From assembly GCA_964626905.1 (NCBI GenBank), contig CAZVHA010000001.1:449803-513802 (forward strand): DNA of 64,000 nucleotides, written 5' to 3'. Made by a program: the position numbers and the translations under genes. This document shows positions 9,352 through 18,873 of this stretch, piece after piece (within the stretch, counting starts at the first letter, position 1; each line of letters starts with the position of its first letter). The notes under the pieces are model-generated. The model did not search any database and was not told the DNA's origin. It saw only the letters and a list, made by a program, of their open reading frames with translations. Source of the stretch: an uncultured bacterium (GTDB taxonomy: Bacteria > Chlamydiota > Chlamydiia > Chlamydiales > SM23-39).

Positions 9352-10327
9352 TATTCCGAACGCAAGCGCCTGTTGGACAGCTCCGTAAAATAGGGCACTG
9401 CTTTTCAAATGTTTGCCCGTAGGGGCACCCTCCTTGGAAGGAAAAATGGCGCTCGCCGATCGGCTGAAAAATTTGAGCCGATGTGGGGCCAAAAATGCTA
9501 AAAGTGGCGGTTTTTGTAGTCGCGCACAAATGGAGCGCGCTCGAGTCGACCGATATGACAAGATCGAGTTCACTCATCAAATATTGCCAAGTGGGCACGG
9601 GAAGTTTGTCCAATAAAAATGCCCTTTGTAGGGATTTGACAATGGTTTGACACTCCTTTTTTTCTTCCTCAGTTCCCCAGACGAGAAAAAAAGTGGGGCG
9701 ATAATGCGCTTCGATTTTTTTCAAAAACTGAATCCACGTGTCTGACCTAAGCTGTTTATTGGCCCAGTGAGAACCTGGGCAGATCATCATTCTTGGGGCG
9801 GGGCCAAGAGTGACTATTTTTGCAACTTTTTCTCTTTCCTCATCCGAAATCCTAAATTTTGACTTCATTTCAGTATCCGATTTCTCTCCGAATGTCCTTT
9901 CGATCAACTCCACGTAAAAGTGGCCAATATTTTGTCTTTTGGAAATGTCAAACCTGAGATTTGTCGCCAAAATATTTGGCCATTCGCGCACCGTTTTTAA
10001 ACCAAAGCCCACTTTCACCTCCCCTCTTGCAAAAAGGGTGATGAGTCCCGATTTGCAATTGCCCTGCAGATCAAAGATGAAATCGTACTTTTTTTTCCTG
10101 AGCTGTTTGAGAGCGCTCCAGAGGTTTTTCTTCTCCCGTAAATTTAAAGGAATCGCCTCAAAGACGAGCGGGTGAGCCGAGACAATGGGGGAAAAAGAGG
10201 AGTCGATCGCCCAATCGATCTCAGCGTCGGGAAATCTCATTTTGAGATCATCGAGTACGGGAAACGACTGGATAACATCTCCGAGGGAAGAGGTTTTGAC
10301 AATTAGGATCCGTTTTGCGGCACACAT
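9293..10327 (-). CDS. LPS heptosyltransferase (GT9, WaaC-like)
   Basis: ILIVKTSSLGDVI, DLQGNCKS, SVDSSALHL, FGPT. Confidence 0.85.
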   Translation of the reverse strand: MCAAKRILIVKTSSLGDVIQSFPVLDDLKMRFPDAEIDWAIDSSFSPIVSAHPLVFEAIPLNLREKKNLWSALKQLRKKKYDFIFDLQGNCKSGLITLFARGEVKVGFGLKTVREWPNILATNLRFDISKRQNIGHFYVELIERTFGEKSDTEMKSKFRISDEEREKVAKIVTLGPAPRMMICPGSHWANKQLRSDTWIQFLKKIEAHYRPTFFLVWGTEEEKKECQTIVKSLQRAFLLDKLPVPTWQYLMSELDLVISVDSSALHLCATTKTATFSIFGPTSAQIFQPIGERHFSFQGGCPYGQTFEKQCPILRSCPTGACVRNIRAEELFAVFQSRCDFLRP

Positions 10328-11136
10328 GCTTCCATATCCGGGAAAAGGGGGGCTTTGACATCGATGACTCTTCCTTTGAAGTTCAAATGGAGCCGCTCGG
10401 CGTGGAGCAAAGTCCGCACGCCAAAAAGGGAGCAGGAGTATTTTTTAGCATATTGCCGGTCGATCACGATCGGATGCCCCATTTCGGCCATATGGACCCG
10501 GATCTGATGTGTCCTTCCCGTTTGAGGGTAGACTCGGAGCAAGGAGATCTCATGGGAAGAGCGAAGTGTTTCCCACTCGGTAATAGCCAAAAACCCTTTG
10601 GGTCCCGATCCCCAGATTGTCTGCCCTTCAAAGAACCCCTTTTTCATCAAAAAACTGCGGATCTCTCCCTTCTTTTGTGTCGGGATGCCATCGACAATGG
10701 CCAAATATTCTTTGCCGATTTGCCGCTGCTCAAACATCTCAAACAAAAGGTTCTTTACCTCTAAGTTCTTCGCTAGAATGAGGGCTCCCGTCGTCTCTTT
10801 ATCGAGCCTATGGACCAAAAACCGATGGGGGCCGAAGGTCAGAAGTGCCGATTTTGGATCACAAATCCACCCTGCCGGTTTATTGACGATCTGGATCTCC
10901 TCATCTTCATAGAGAGTGTCGAAGGTCCACTTGCGGCAAATTCTATTTTCCCATCCAGGGGAGAGCTCGATCCAATCCCCTTTTTTGAGCATGCGAGAAC
11001 CAAAGCGCTCGACTTGGCCATTGACTTTGCATTGATTGGCGTCCAACACTTTGCGCAAAAATTTTCCCGAAACATCCTGAAAACGCCCCTGTAGAAAGGC
11101 GATCAGCCGCTCTCCTTGATCTGCGCGCAAATTCAC
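10303..11136 (-). CDS. RluA-family pseudouridine synthase
   Basis: VNKPAG, HRLDKETTG, TGRTHQIRVH. Confidence 0.93.
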   Translation of the reverse strand: MNLRADQGERLIAFLQGRFQDVSGKFLRKVLDANQCKVNGQVERFGSRMLKKGDWIELSPGWENRICRKWTFDTLYEDEEIQIVNKPAGWICDPKSALLTFGPHRFLVHRLDKETTGALILAKNLEVKNLLFEMFEQRQIGKEYLAIVDGIPTQKKGEIRSFLMKKGFFEGQTIWGSGPKGFLAITEWETLRSSHEISLLRVYPQTGRTHQIRVHMAEMGHPIVIDRQYAKKYSCSLFGVRTLLHAERLHLNFKGRVIDVKAPLFPDMEACVPQNGS

Positions 11137-12542
11137 AGCTGCAAGCCCTCAAGAAACTCGACCAAGAGGCGAACGCCATAGCCAGTTCCTTTGATCGGAT
11201 TGTAGTGTTTTGGTTTTGGGACATAGGCGGGTCCTGCGATATCGATATGGGCCCAAGGGATTTTTTCAGTAAACTCCTGAAGAAAAAGAGCTGCCTTGAT
11301 CGCCCCTGCTTCTCTTCCAGAAGAGTTGACGATGTCGGCAATGTCCGATTTGAGACTCTCCTTGTAATCGCCATGGACTGGCAATCGCCAGAGGAGTTCA
11401 TCTGCTTTTTCAGCTGCATCGAGAAGGGAAACGGCAAGAGGGTCATCGTTGGAAAAAAGTCCTGCGTAATCGTCTCCTAGGGCAACGACACAAGCGCCTG
11501 TCAAAGTGGCCATATCGACGATGGCACTCGGCTGTAATTGTTTTGCAGCAAAACCGATCGCATCGGCGAGAATGAGTCTCCCCTCAGCATCGGTGTTTGT
11601 GATTTCAACTGTTTTCCCCAAGTAGGAGGTGTAGACATCCCCCAATTTGTAGCTTTTCCCATCGATGCAATTTTCTGTGAGCGGCAAGAGGAGATCGACA
11701 TTCACTTTGAGTTTCAACTGCACAGCGGCCTTGAGAGTTCCCAACACAGTAGCAGCACCTCCCATATCGCATTTCATGCTCAACATGTTATCGGTGGGCT
11801 TGAGACTCAATCCCCCTGTGTCGTAAAGGACCCCTTTTCCGATCAAGACGATCTTCTTTTTTGATTTCGGGTTCCCAACATAGCTGAGATGGACGAGTTT
11901 CGGCTCCACTTCAGAACCTCGGCTCACCGCGAGAATCAGCCCCATCCCCTCTTTTTCGAGTCTTTTCTTGTCGAAAATCGTCCGTTTGATGGGGGATGGC
12001 AGCGCGTGGATTGCCTTCAAGAGCAGTTCGAGCTTTCCATCGGCATTTGCATTGATGAGATCGCGGACAAAGTGGACCCCATCGATCACCGCTTCAATTT
12101 TCTCGAGCCGTTTCGATTTTTCAATTCCGACAAAAGTGGCCCTCTCGATGAGCGGCTCCTCTTTTTGATCGGTTTTGTAGCTAAAAGAGTAGTTAGTGAG
12201 CAAGAGACCTTCTACGATCCCTTGGAAAAACTCCTGTTTTTGCTTGCATTTCGGGAATAAGAGATGGATCTGTTTTGCTTTTAGAGCTCTTGCCGCTTTG
12301 ATGGCTGCGGCAAAGCCGCGCCGCAGCGCCTCGACGCTCGCCTCTTCCTGTTTGCCAAGGCCTAGGAGCAAAATCCTTTGCCCCTGGAAATAGCGGCAAG
12401 TGGCCTCACCGCTTTTGCCCTGAAAATCGGCAACTGCCCCTCCCATTTCAATGGGGAAGAGGGCCGCCTCTTTAGGCCCTTCCCAAAAGGGAAACACCCA
12501 CAAATCGGACGGCTCAAGGCCCTTGGAAAAAGCAATTTTCAA
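11133..12542 (-). CDS. pepA: Leucyl aminopeptidase (M17)
   Basis: GKGVLYDTGGLSLK, MKCDMGGAA, NTDAEGRL. Confidence 0.95.
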   Translation of the reverse strand: MKIAFSKGLEPSDLWVFPFWEGPKEAALFPIEMGGAVADFQGKSGEATCRYFQGQRILLLGLGKQEEASVEALRRGFAAAIKAARALKAKQIHLLFPKCKQKQEFFQGIVEGLLLTNYSFSYKTDQKEEPLIERATFVGIEKSKRLEKIEAVIDGVHFVRDLINANADGKLELLLKAIHALPSPIKRTIFDKKRLEKEGMGLILAVSRGSEVEPKLVHLSYVGNPKSKKKIVLIGKGVLYDTGGLSLKPTDNMLSMKCDMGGAATVLGTLKAAVQLKLKVNVDLLLPLTENCIDGKSYKLGDVYTSYLGKTVEITNTDAEGRLILADAIGFAAKQLQPSAIVDMATLTGACVVALGDDYAGLFSNDDPLAVSLLDAAEKADELLWRLPVHGDYKESLKSDIADIVNSSGREAGAIKAALFLQEFTEKIPWAHIDIAGPAYVPKPKHYNPIKGTGYGVRLLVEFLEGLQL

Positions 12543-13030
12543 AAGGGAACCTCATCGTCAAAAGTCTCCCCTTTTCCTTGTTGGAATGCGCCCGCTTTCA
12601 CATAAGGATTCACTGGGGGCTCTCCAGAGGGGACGGCCCCAAAGGGAGGAACGGGAGCACCTGTTTGGGCTTGTGGTTCTACGCCACCACCTGCATTTGC
12701 ACTGCTGGGTTTGCCGCCGAAGGGGCTAAACTCGAGATGCACTGCTGTAATTTCCAACGAGACTTGGGGTTTGCCTTCGCGATCGGTAAAGATTTCTGGT
12801 TTGTGGACATCGCCATAGACCATGACAGCGGAGCCTTTTTTCAAAAATGAGAGCATCTTGTCGAACTGCTCTCCCCAAATGGTCACGCGCCACCAAATCG
12901 TGACATCTTCCCCCCCTTTTCCTCTTCTAGAGCGGGAGGCCACTTTCAAAGTGGTCACCTTCTTGCCACTCGAAGTGTAACGAACCTCTGGATCGGCTCC
13001 GAGATTCCCTGCGATATGGATAAAGTTCAC
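12539..13030 (-). CDS. ssb: Single-stranded DNA-binding protein
   Basis: GNLGADPE, C-terminal DDEVPF; GTG start after GGAGG. Confidence 0.95.
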   Translation of the reverse strand: MNFIHIAGNLGADPEVRYTSSGKKVTTLKVASRSRRGKGGEDVTIWWRVTIWGEQFDKMLSFLKKGSAVMVYGDVHKPEIFTDREGKPQVSLEITAVHLEFSPFGGKPSSANAGGGVEPQAQTGAPVPPFGAVPSGEPPVNPYVKAGAFQQGKGETFDDEVPF

Positions 13031-13085
13031 GTACACCTCCAATCAAATAAATAGATTTATACTCCATTATCTTAGGAGAAGACAA

Positions 13086-13928
13086 TCAGGTCAAGTGTTT
13101 TTGGAAGTAGGGAATGCGGGGGTAAAAGAGGAAAAAAAGGCCTCCGATAAAGAGGGGGATGCTGAGGATTTGTCCCATGGTCAAATGAGACGAGGAAAGG
13201 AGATAGCTCTGCTCAAGTTTCAAAAATTCAATACAGAAGCGAAACCCAAAAACGGCCACTAAAAAAAGTCCTATCACTCTTCCCGGTTTTTTTAAAAGAA
13301 AAGAGCTGAAACGCCAAAGACAGGCGAAGAGAGACAAATAGAAGAGCGCCTCGTAAATCTGCACGGGGTGCAACGGGACACTCGGGCTCCGATCTGCAGG
13401 GTGGCCAAAGATGACGCCCCAGGGCAAATCGGTGGGGGTGCCCAAGATTTCTTGATTGATAAAATTGCCGATCCGGATGCAAAAACCGGCAAAAGCAGCT
13501 GGGATCGCGACGAGATCGAGGAGCCGAACCCAGGTGAGTTCAGGAGCGCTCTTGCGGAGGCGGCCGGCAAAAAGGGCGAGCGCCAAAAGGATCCCGACGG
13601 CCCCTCCATGGCTGGCGAGCCCCCCCTCCCAGGTTCGAAAAATTCCGAGAGGATCATTCAAATAATGGCTTGGCCTTTCATAGAAGAGAAAATGGCCGAG
13701 GCGCGCGCCGATCAATGTGCCGAGGATCATGTAAAAGGTGAGCCTATCGGTGATTTTAACGGCCTCACTCCGTTTTTGGCCAAAAAAGCGGGTTAAAAGG
13801 GAAACGAGAAGGGGAAAACCGACGACAAATCCAAGGGCAAAAAAAGCTCCATACCAGAGGATGGGCCAGTCTAAAAGAGGGAGGCGAAAAATTTCCGGCT
13901 TTGGATCCCAGTAAATGACAGAAAACAT
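13086..13928 (-). CDS. lgt: Prolipoprotein diacylglyceryl transferase
   Basis: GARLG, WEGGLASHGG, RIGNFINQE, HPVQIYE. Confidence 0.95.
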   Translation of the reverse strand: MFSVIYWDPKPEIFRLPLLDWPILWYGAFFALGFVVGFPLLVSLLTRFFGQKRSEAVKITDRLTFYMILGTLIGARLGHFLFYERPSHYLNDPLGIFRTWEGGLASHGGAVGILLALALFAGRLRKSAPELTWVRLLDLVAIPAAFAGFCIRIGNFINQEILGTPTDLPWGVIFGHPADRSPSVPLHPVQIYEALFYLSLFACLWRFSSFLLKKPGRVIGLFLVAVFGFRFCIEFLKLEQSYLLSSSHLTMGQILSIPLFIGGLFFLFYPRIPYFQKHLT

Positions 13929-13975
13929 CCCCTCCATTGAAACAAAAAAAAACTATTTTGGACAGTGAAAATTTA

Positions 13976-14132
13976 GGCTTTGTTGCATTGAAGGCGGTAA
14001 AATAACCACCGAGGATACCGAAAACACCGAGGGGGAGGTTGGGGGGCCAGTTCGATCACATAGGCAACCGACTGAACCGGGACGGGCTTTTTTTTCCTTT
14101 TTTCTCGGTGTTTTCGGTGTCCTCGGTGGTTA
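13976..14132. repeat. Palindromic element family A, copy 1
   Basis: 29-bp inverted arms at 14003-14031 and 14104-14132 built of 9-bp units; preceded by GGCTTTGTTGCATT. Confidence 0.85.
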
Positions 14133-14143
14133 CTTTTCCACCC

Positions 14144-14608
14144 CTATGTCACTGGAGAGACCGCTGCAGAAGCCCGAAAATAGAGAAGAGCCCCGTTGAC
14201 GAGGGCCGAACCAATGGCCACATCGATCGTCCCACGCAAATCGATCGGAATCGGGAGGTATCGAAAGAGTAAACCCAGCATCAGCATCGCGCCGATCAAT
14301 AAATAATAGGTTGGGTGATAGACTTGCGATGGGCGAATGGGCAAGGGGAGCGAAAGAATTCTTCCAACGACACGGCGCACCGTTTTGCTGAGGACAAATC
14401 GCCCTTTAAAAAAGCCGATGAGGAGTCCAAAAGCGACGAGGATCGTCCCAGCCCGCTGCGCCGAGCCCAGTATGGGAGAGAGCGACTTAGAGATCGAAGT
14501 GGGTTGAAGGATTCCAAGCGAAATGAACCTGAGGCCTTTATAAAGGAGCATGGCGCCGAGAGCAAACCAGATAACGCCCGAAAGGAGAATCCAACCGCGG
14601 TGCTTCAT
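14144..14608 (-). CDS. Hypothetical multi-pass membrane protein
   Basis: Four hydrophobic segments; upstream promoter TCGACA-17-TATCAT. Confidence 0.8.
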   Translation of the reverse strand: MKHRGWILLSGVIWFALGAMLLYKGLRFISLGILQPTSISKSLSPILGSAQRAGTILVAFGLLIGFFKGRFVLSKTVRRVVGRILSLPLPIRPSQVYHPTYYLLIGAMLMLGLLFRYLPIPIDLRGTIDVAIGSALVNGALLYFRASAAVSPVT

Positions 14609-14689
14609 ATTTCGGACATGATAGCAAAATTTAGAACTTTTGTCGACAAAAATCATTTTCCCGATCTACAATCACCTTTTAAGAATGAA

Positions 14690-14873
14690 GAGGCAGCTGC
14701 AAAACTGCTTTGCCCGGAAAAATCGATGACTTTGAGCCACGTTACGAGTGACAGCGAAGCTGCCACGATCCATTCGACGAGGCCAACCCCTAGTGGGTTG
14801 GCTGAGGAGAATGGACGCAACGTGGCTCAAAAGGGCGATTTTAACGGGCAAATGAGTTTTGCTCAGCTGCCTC
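14690..14873. mobile_element. RPE/MITE-like palindromic element family B, copy 1
   Basis: Ends GAGGCAGCTGCAAAACT / AGTTTTGCTCAGCTGCCTC; nested stems; near-identical to 16326-16511. Confidence 0.85.
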
Positions 14874-14889
14874 TAGAGGGCCAATACTT

Positions 14890-15957
14890 ATGAATCTCTC
14901 CCTGGCATTTACTCGCATATTATTCATGATTCTCAGCATCTTTTTTATGACCGCTTACATGGTCTCAAGACCTGAAGGCCATGGTTGGATGAACATATCG
15001 ATTGGCATTGGATTGGGGCTCATTTTGGGTCTTTTATTGATCGGGTTTGGACGTCTTTTTTCCCGTTTCAATTTGCGCGCGTTTAACATTGCGATCATCG
15101 GTTTATTCGTCGGCTATTTAATGGGCCAAGCGCTTGTTTTGATCCTATCTGCCATTTTAACAATCAGCGCGGCGTCGATCCATCTTTCGCCCGATGTTTT
15201 AGAGATCGTAGAAATTGCCCTTTTTCTCTTTGGGATCTATCTCGGAACGTTGATGGCGATTCGCTCATCAGATGAGTTTTACATCAGTATCCCTTTCATC
15301 CGTTTGAGTGCTGGGGAGCAAAAGAAAAAAGAGATGCTCCTCGACCTATCGGTTTTAGCTGATGCCCGCATTCTCGACTTTGCCGCCTCAGGCATTGTCG
15401 ATCATCTGCTCGTCGTTCCCCGTTTTTTGATGAAAGAGCTCTACATGCTCTCCGAATCGCAGGATGAATCGACGAAGGGGCGAGCCAAACGCTCTTTGGA
15501 GACACTGAAAAAACTTGAGGGGCTAAAAGAGCTTGGCCTTCGATACAACGATACCGATTTCCCCGATGTAAGGGACCCAATGGCGAAAATGATCCACTTG
15601 GCGAGGCTGCTCGATGCCAACGTGATGACAGCAGATATTAGCCGTGTGCAGGTCTCCTCCCTTGAAGGGGTGCGGATCGTCAATCTCCATACCCTTTCCA
15701 ATGCTCTAAAACCGCTGATGCAAACGGGCGAACAGATCAAGATCAAAATTTTGCGCTTTGGCAAAGAGCCGCGCCAAGGAGTGGGGTATCTCGAAGATGG
15801 GACGATGGTGGTCGTCAACGGCGGAGGCGATTATTTGGGCAAGACCATCGACGCAGCAGTTGTATCTGTCAAACACACCACTTCGGGGAGAATGATTTTT
15901 TGCAATGCACCCGATGAAGAAGGGGGGCATCACCACTATGACGATGAAGGAGGATAG
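14890..15957 (+). CDS. PIN/TRAM domain membrane protein (YacL-like)
   Basis: N-terminal TMs, degenerate PIN (LLDLSVLADAR), GKEPRQGVGYLEDGTMVVV, GRMIF. Confidence 0.9.
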   Translation: MNLSLAFTRILFMILSIFFMTAYMVSRPEGHGWMNISIGIGLGLILGLLLIGFGRLFSRFNLRAFNIAIIGLFVGYLMGQALVLILSAILTISAASIHLSPDVLEIVEIALFLFGIYLGTLMAIRSSDEFYISIPFIRLSAGEQKKKEMLLDLSVLADARILDFAASGIVDHLLVVPRFLMKELYMLSESQDESTKGRAKRSLETLKKLEGLKELGLRYNDTDFPDVRDPMAKMIHLARLLDANVMTADISRVQVSSLEGVRIVNLHTLSNALKPLMQTGEQIKIKILRFGKEPRQGVGYLEDGTMVVVNGGGDYLGKTIDAAVVSVKHTTSGRMIFCNAPDEEGGHHHYDDEGG

Positions 15958-16324
15958 CATTCTCGGCCTTGGCACTGACATCATTGAAATTGCCCGGATT
16001 CAAGAGAGCATCGCAAGACATGGACAACACTTTCTCGATCGGCTATTTACCCATCAAGAACAAGAGTATTGCCTAAAGTACAAAGATGCAGCGCCCCACT
16101 TTGCGGGCAGATTCGCCGCAAAAGAGGCTGTTGCAAAGGCGCTCGGCATCGGGTTTGGGGCTAAGCTCTCTTGGCTCGACTTCGAAATTTTAGGAGATGA
16201 ATACAATAAGCCGACGGTCCATTTTACAATAGATGCCAAAGAAAGGCTGCATCAGCCAAAAATCGCCGTTTCGATCAGCCATTCGGCCACTGCAGCAACA
16301 GCGGTTGCCATCTGGTTCTCATAA
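15938..16324 (+). CDS. acpS: Holo-ACP synthase
   Basis: GLGTDIIEIAR, AGRFAAKEAVAKALG, SISH. Confidence 0.95.
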   Translation: MTMKEDSILGLGTDIIEIARIQESIARHGQHFLDRLFTHQEQEYCLKYKDAAPHFAGRFAAKEAVAKALGIGFGAKLSWLDFEILGDEYNKPTVHFTIDAKERLHQPKIAVSISHSATAATAVAIWFS

Positions 16325-16325
16325 T

Positions 16326-16511
16326 GAGGCAGCTGAGCAAAGCTGCTTTGCTAAGGAAAAATCGATGATTTTGAGCCACGTTACGAGTGGCAGCAAAGCT
16401 GCCACGATTCGTTCGACGAAGCCAACCCCTAGTGGGTTGGCTGAGGAGAATGGACGCAACGTGGTTCAAAAGGGCGATTTTAACGGGCAAATGAGTTTTG
16501 CTCAGTGCCTC
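16326..16511. mobile_element. Palindromic element family B, copy 2
   Basis: Fills the gap between convergent stop codons; ends GAGGCAGCTGAGCAAA / TTTGCTCAGTGCCTC. Confidence 0.85.
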
Positions 16512-17499
16512 ACAATGAGAATGGGAGTAGATAGCTGAAGACAAATGCGTTGACCTGCTCTGGGCACGACTTTGCCAAAACTCTCCTCTCGTAGGTGAAG
16601 CGGAGCGTCCCATAGACACCGATCCGATAGCCATAGCGGAAGCCCAAATCGATCGATTTTTGCCGAATTTTCGCATATCCATTAAAATGATTGATGGAGA
16701 CAGTGGTGTAGCGCCCATATCCGTTGATCCCGTCGGCAAAAATGGCAAATTTGTGTCGATCGTCGTAGTTGGTCTCAATCGAAAAAATGCCCCTCACCCA
16801 GGGAGAGCCCTTATTTGCGTGACCGACAGCGCCAAACCCCCAAAAACGCCACGCCCATGCGTCGGAAAAGTCAAATTCCTTCCCAAAAGCGAAATTGAGC
16901 TCTAAGTCGCAGTTGGCGTGATAGGGACAGCTGATATCGTGCAAACTATCTGTATTCGTAAATCTCGCACTGACTCCTGTGGCGAGGCTCATCTTATCGC
17001 CAATGATGTCGTCGAGCCAAAGATAGCGCGCTTGGGCTGCAAAGCTCCGAAAATTGAAGTTTTGCTTGCTCGTGTCGGCCAGTTGCAATTCAGCATCGAC
17101 GCTCCATTCAGGAGTTGGCGAAAAGTCGAGTCCGAGATAGGCGACATTCGATTGAAATGTATAGTTTAATTTGGGGACGCCCTCTTGTACTTTATCGAAA
17201 AAACTGTAAGCGTAACTTCCCAAAAAATGAAACTCCAAGCAATCGCCAAACCAGGGCTGCACTTCGAGTGCAGAACCCAAAAAAGGGAGTAAAAGCAAGA
17301 GGAGCTTCTTCAGAGTGAATTGCAAAACTCCACGGCAGCGAAAAATCGATGATTTTGAGCCACGTTGCGAGTGCCAGCAAAGCTGGCACGGTCCATTCGA
17401 CGAGGGCAACTCCTTGCGAGTTGCCTGAGGAGAATGGACGCAACGTGGCCCAAAAGGGCGATTTTTTCGCGCCGAAGAATTTTGCAATTCACTCTTCAT
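16510..17499 (-). CDS. Exported, probably outer-membrane hypothetical protein with an in-frame family-B insertion after the start
   Basis: ATG overlaps trxB TGA; signal peptide [14 protein letters not shown] follows a 62-codon insert; aromatic-rich, beta-strand-like mature part. Confidence 0.75.
   Translation of the reverse strand: MKSELQNSSARKNRPFGPRCVHSPQATRKELPSSNGPCQLCWHSQRGSKSSIFRCRGVLQFTLKKLLLLLLPFLGSALEVQPWFGDCLEFHFLGSYAYSFFDKVQEGVPKLNYTFQSNVAYLGLDFSPTPEWSVDAELQLADTSKQNFNFRSFAAQARYLWLDDIIGDKMSLATGVSARFTNTDSLHDISCPYHANCDLELNFAFGKEFDFSDAWAWRFWGFGAVGHANKGSPWVRGIFSIETNYDDRHKFAIFADGINGYGRYTTVSINHFNGYAKIRQKSIDLGFRYGYRIGVYGTLRFTYERRVLAKSCPEQVNAFVFSYLLPFSL
17313..17494. mobile_element. Palindromic element family B, copy 3 (divergent), flanked by TTCA direct repeats
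   Basis: Ends GAGTGAATTGCAAAA / TTTTGCAATTCACTC; TTCA at 17309-17312 and 17495-17498. Confidence 0.85.
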
Positions 17500-18446
17500 T
17501 CGATTCCCATGTGGCTGAGCCACCGCTCGGCATCGAGGGCAGCCATGCATCCTGTCCCTGCAGCAGTAACAGCTTGTCGGTAGGTCGGATCTTGCACATC
17601 GCCTGCGGCAAAAACCCCTTCGACCGAAGTGCGCATCGAACCGGGCTTCACTCGAATATATCCGACATCGTTCATCTCAATTTGGCCTTTCAAAAAGTCG
17701 GTATTGGGCTTATGGCCAATTGCAAAAAAAACGCCGCCCGCATCGCGCTCTTCGGTTTTCCCATTTTGGATATTTTTCAAGAGCACTTTCTGCACAATCT
17801 TATCCCCGGTGATTTTTTCGATGACGCTATTCCAAAGGATTTTGATTTTCGGGTGTTTTTGAGCCCTTTCAGCCATGATTTTGGAAGCTCTCAGCGCATC
17901 TCTTCTATGGACGATAAACACTTGGCTCCCATACTTTGTCAAAAAAGTGGCCTCTTCAACCGCGCTATCTCCTCCGCCGATGACATAAAGGGGGCGACCT
18001 CGAAAAATGGGAGCTGCGCCGTCACAAACGGCACACGCGCTCACCCCTTTTTGCCAAAATTCCCCATCGCCAGCACCTTCAATTTCGAGTTTTTTGGCAG
18101 TTGCACCCGTCGCGACGATGAGCGCTTCGCTTTCCACTTCTGTTTGCGATCCGTGAATTTTGAAGGGGCGCTTCGACAAATCGACCCACTCGACATCTTC
18201 GGTGAGAATCGTTGTTCCGAAGCGGATCGCTTGCGCTCGAAAGCGATCCATCAATTCAGGCCCCATGATCCCTTCAGGAAATCCCGGATAATTTTCGACA
18301 TCGGTCGTGGTTATCAATTGTCCGCCTGGAGGTCCCGACTGAAACCCTTCGTAAAGGAGCGGCACTAAATTGGCCCTCGCTGCGTAAATGGCAGCTGTGT
18401 GCGCAGCGGGACCAGATCCGATGATGACTAATTTTCGTTTTTCCAT
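17496..18446 (-). CDS. trxB: Thioredoxin reductase
   Basis: [35 protein letters not shown]. Confidence 0.97.
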   Translation of the reverse strand: MEKRKLVIIGSGPAAHTAAIYAARANLVPLLYEGFQSGPPGGQLITTTDVENYPGFPEGIMGPELMDRFRAQAIRFGTTILTEDVEWVDLSKRPFKIHGSQTEVESEALIVATGATAKKLEIEGAGDGEFWQKGVSACAVCDGAAPIFRGRPLYVIGGGDSAVEEATFLTKYGSQVFIVHRRDALRASKIMAERAQKHPKIKILWNSVIEKITGDKIVQKVLLKNIQNGKTEERDAGGVFFAIGHKPNTDFLKGQIEMNDVGYIRVKPGSMRTSVEGVFAAGDVQDPTYRQAVTAAGTGCMAALDAERWLSHMGIE

Positions 18447-18517
18447 GAAGATGCGCTCTTTTGTTGTTGGGGTTTATTTTGACAGATTTTCTGATTTTTT
18501 TGCGAACCTAATGGAAT

Positions 18518-18873
18518 GGGTGTAAATAAAAGCGTTGAGGCGATAGTCGGCCCTAGCTGCTCCACTCACATCCTTCAAAGAGGGATTTCCCGCTTCCAAC
18601 TTTGTGAAATAGGATCAGCACGGAGAAAAAATATAAAGAGGACGAGAGTTCACAGAGGGTTAATTATAGAGATTAGACGGGGGCTCGCCCCTGAGTTAAG
18701 GAGAGTGGAGCCAATCTCCTTAACTCAGGGGCGAGCCCCCGTCTAATCTCTAGTTGATTTATTCCTCTGTGAACTCTCGTCCTCAATTTTTATTTCTCTG
18801 TGCTGATCCTATTTCACAAAACTGGATAGGAAGGTCCAGTTCACCAACATAGGTAACACTTTCATTTACACCC
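18518..18873. mobile_element. 356-bp MITE (family C) with internal long hairpin
   Basis: TIRs GGGTGTAAATAAAAGCGTT / AACACTTTCATTTACACCC (17/19); 9-bp TSD TAATGGAAT at 18509-18517 and 18874-18882; hairpin at ~18595-18826. Confidence 0.9.

Noticed and set aside
14315-14893. ORFs sharing the peptide LSHVTS...[13 protein letters not shown] (also 16233-16538)
   Set aside because: Open frames of family B elements, overlapping real genes
18516-18746. 76-aa ORF in the MITE as a transposase remnant
   Set aside because: Starts in the TSD, runs through the hairpin, and has no DDE or HTH features
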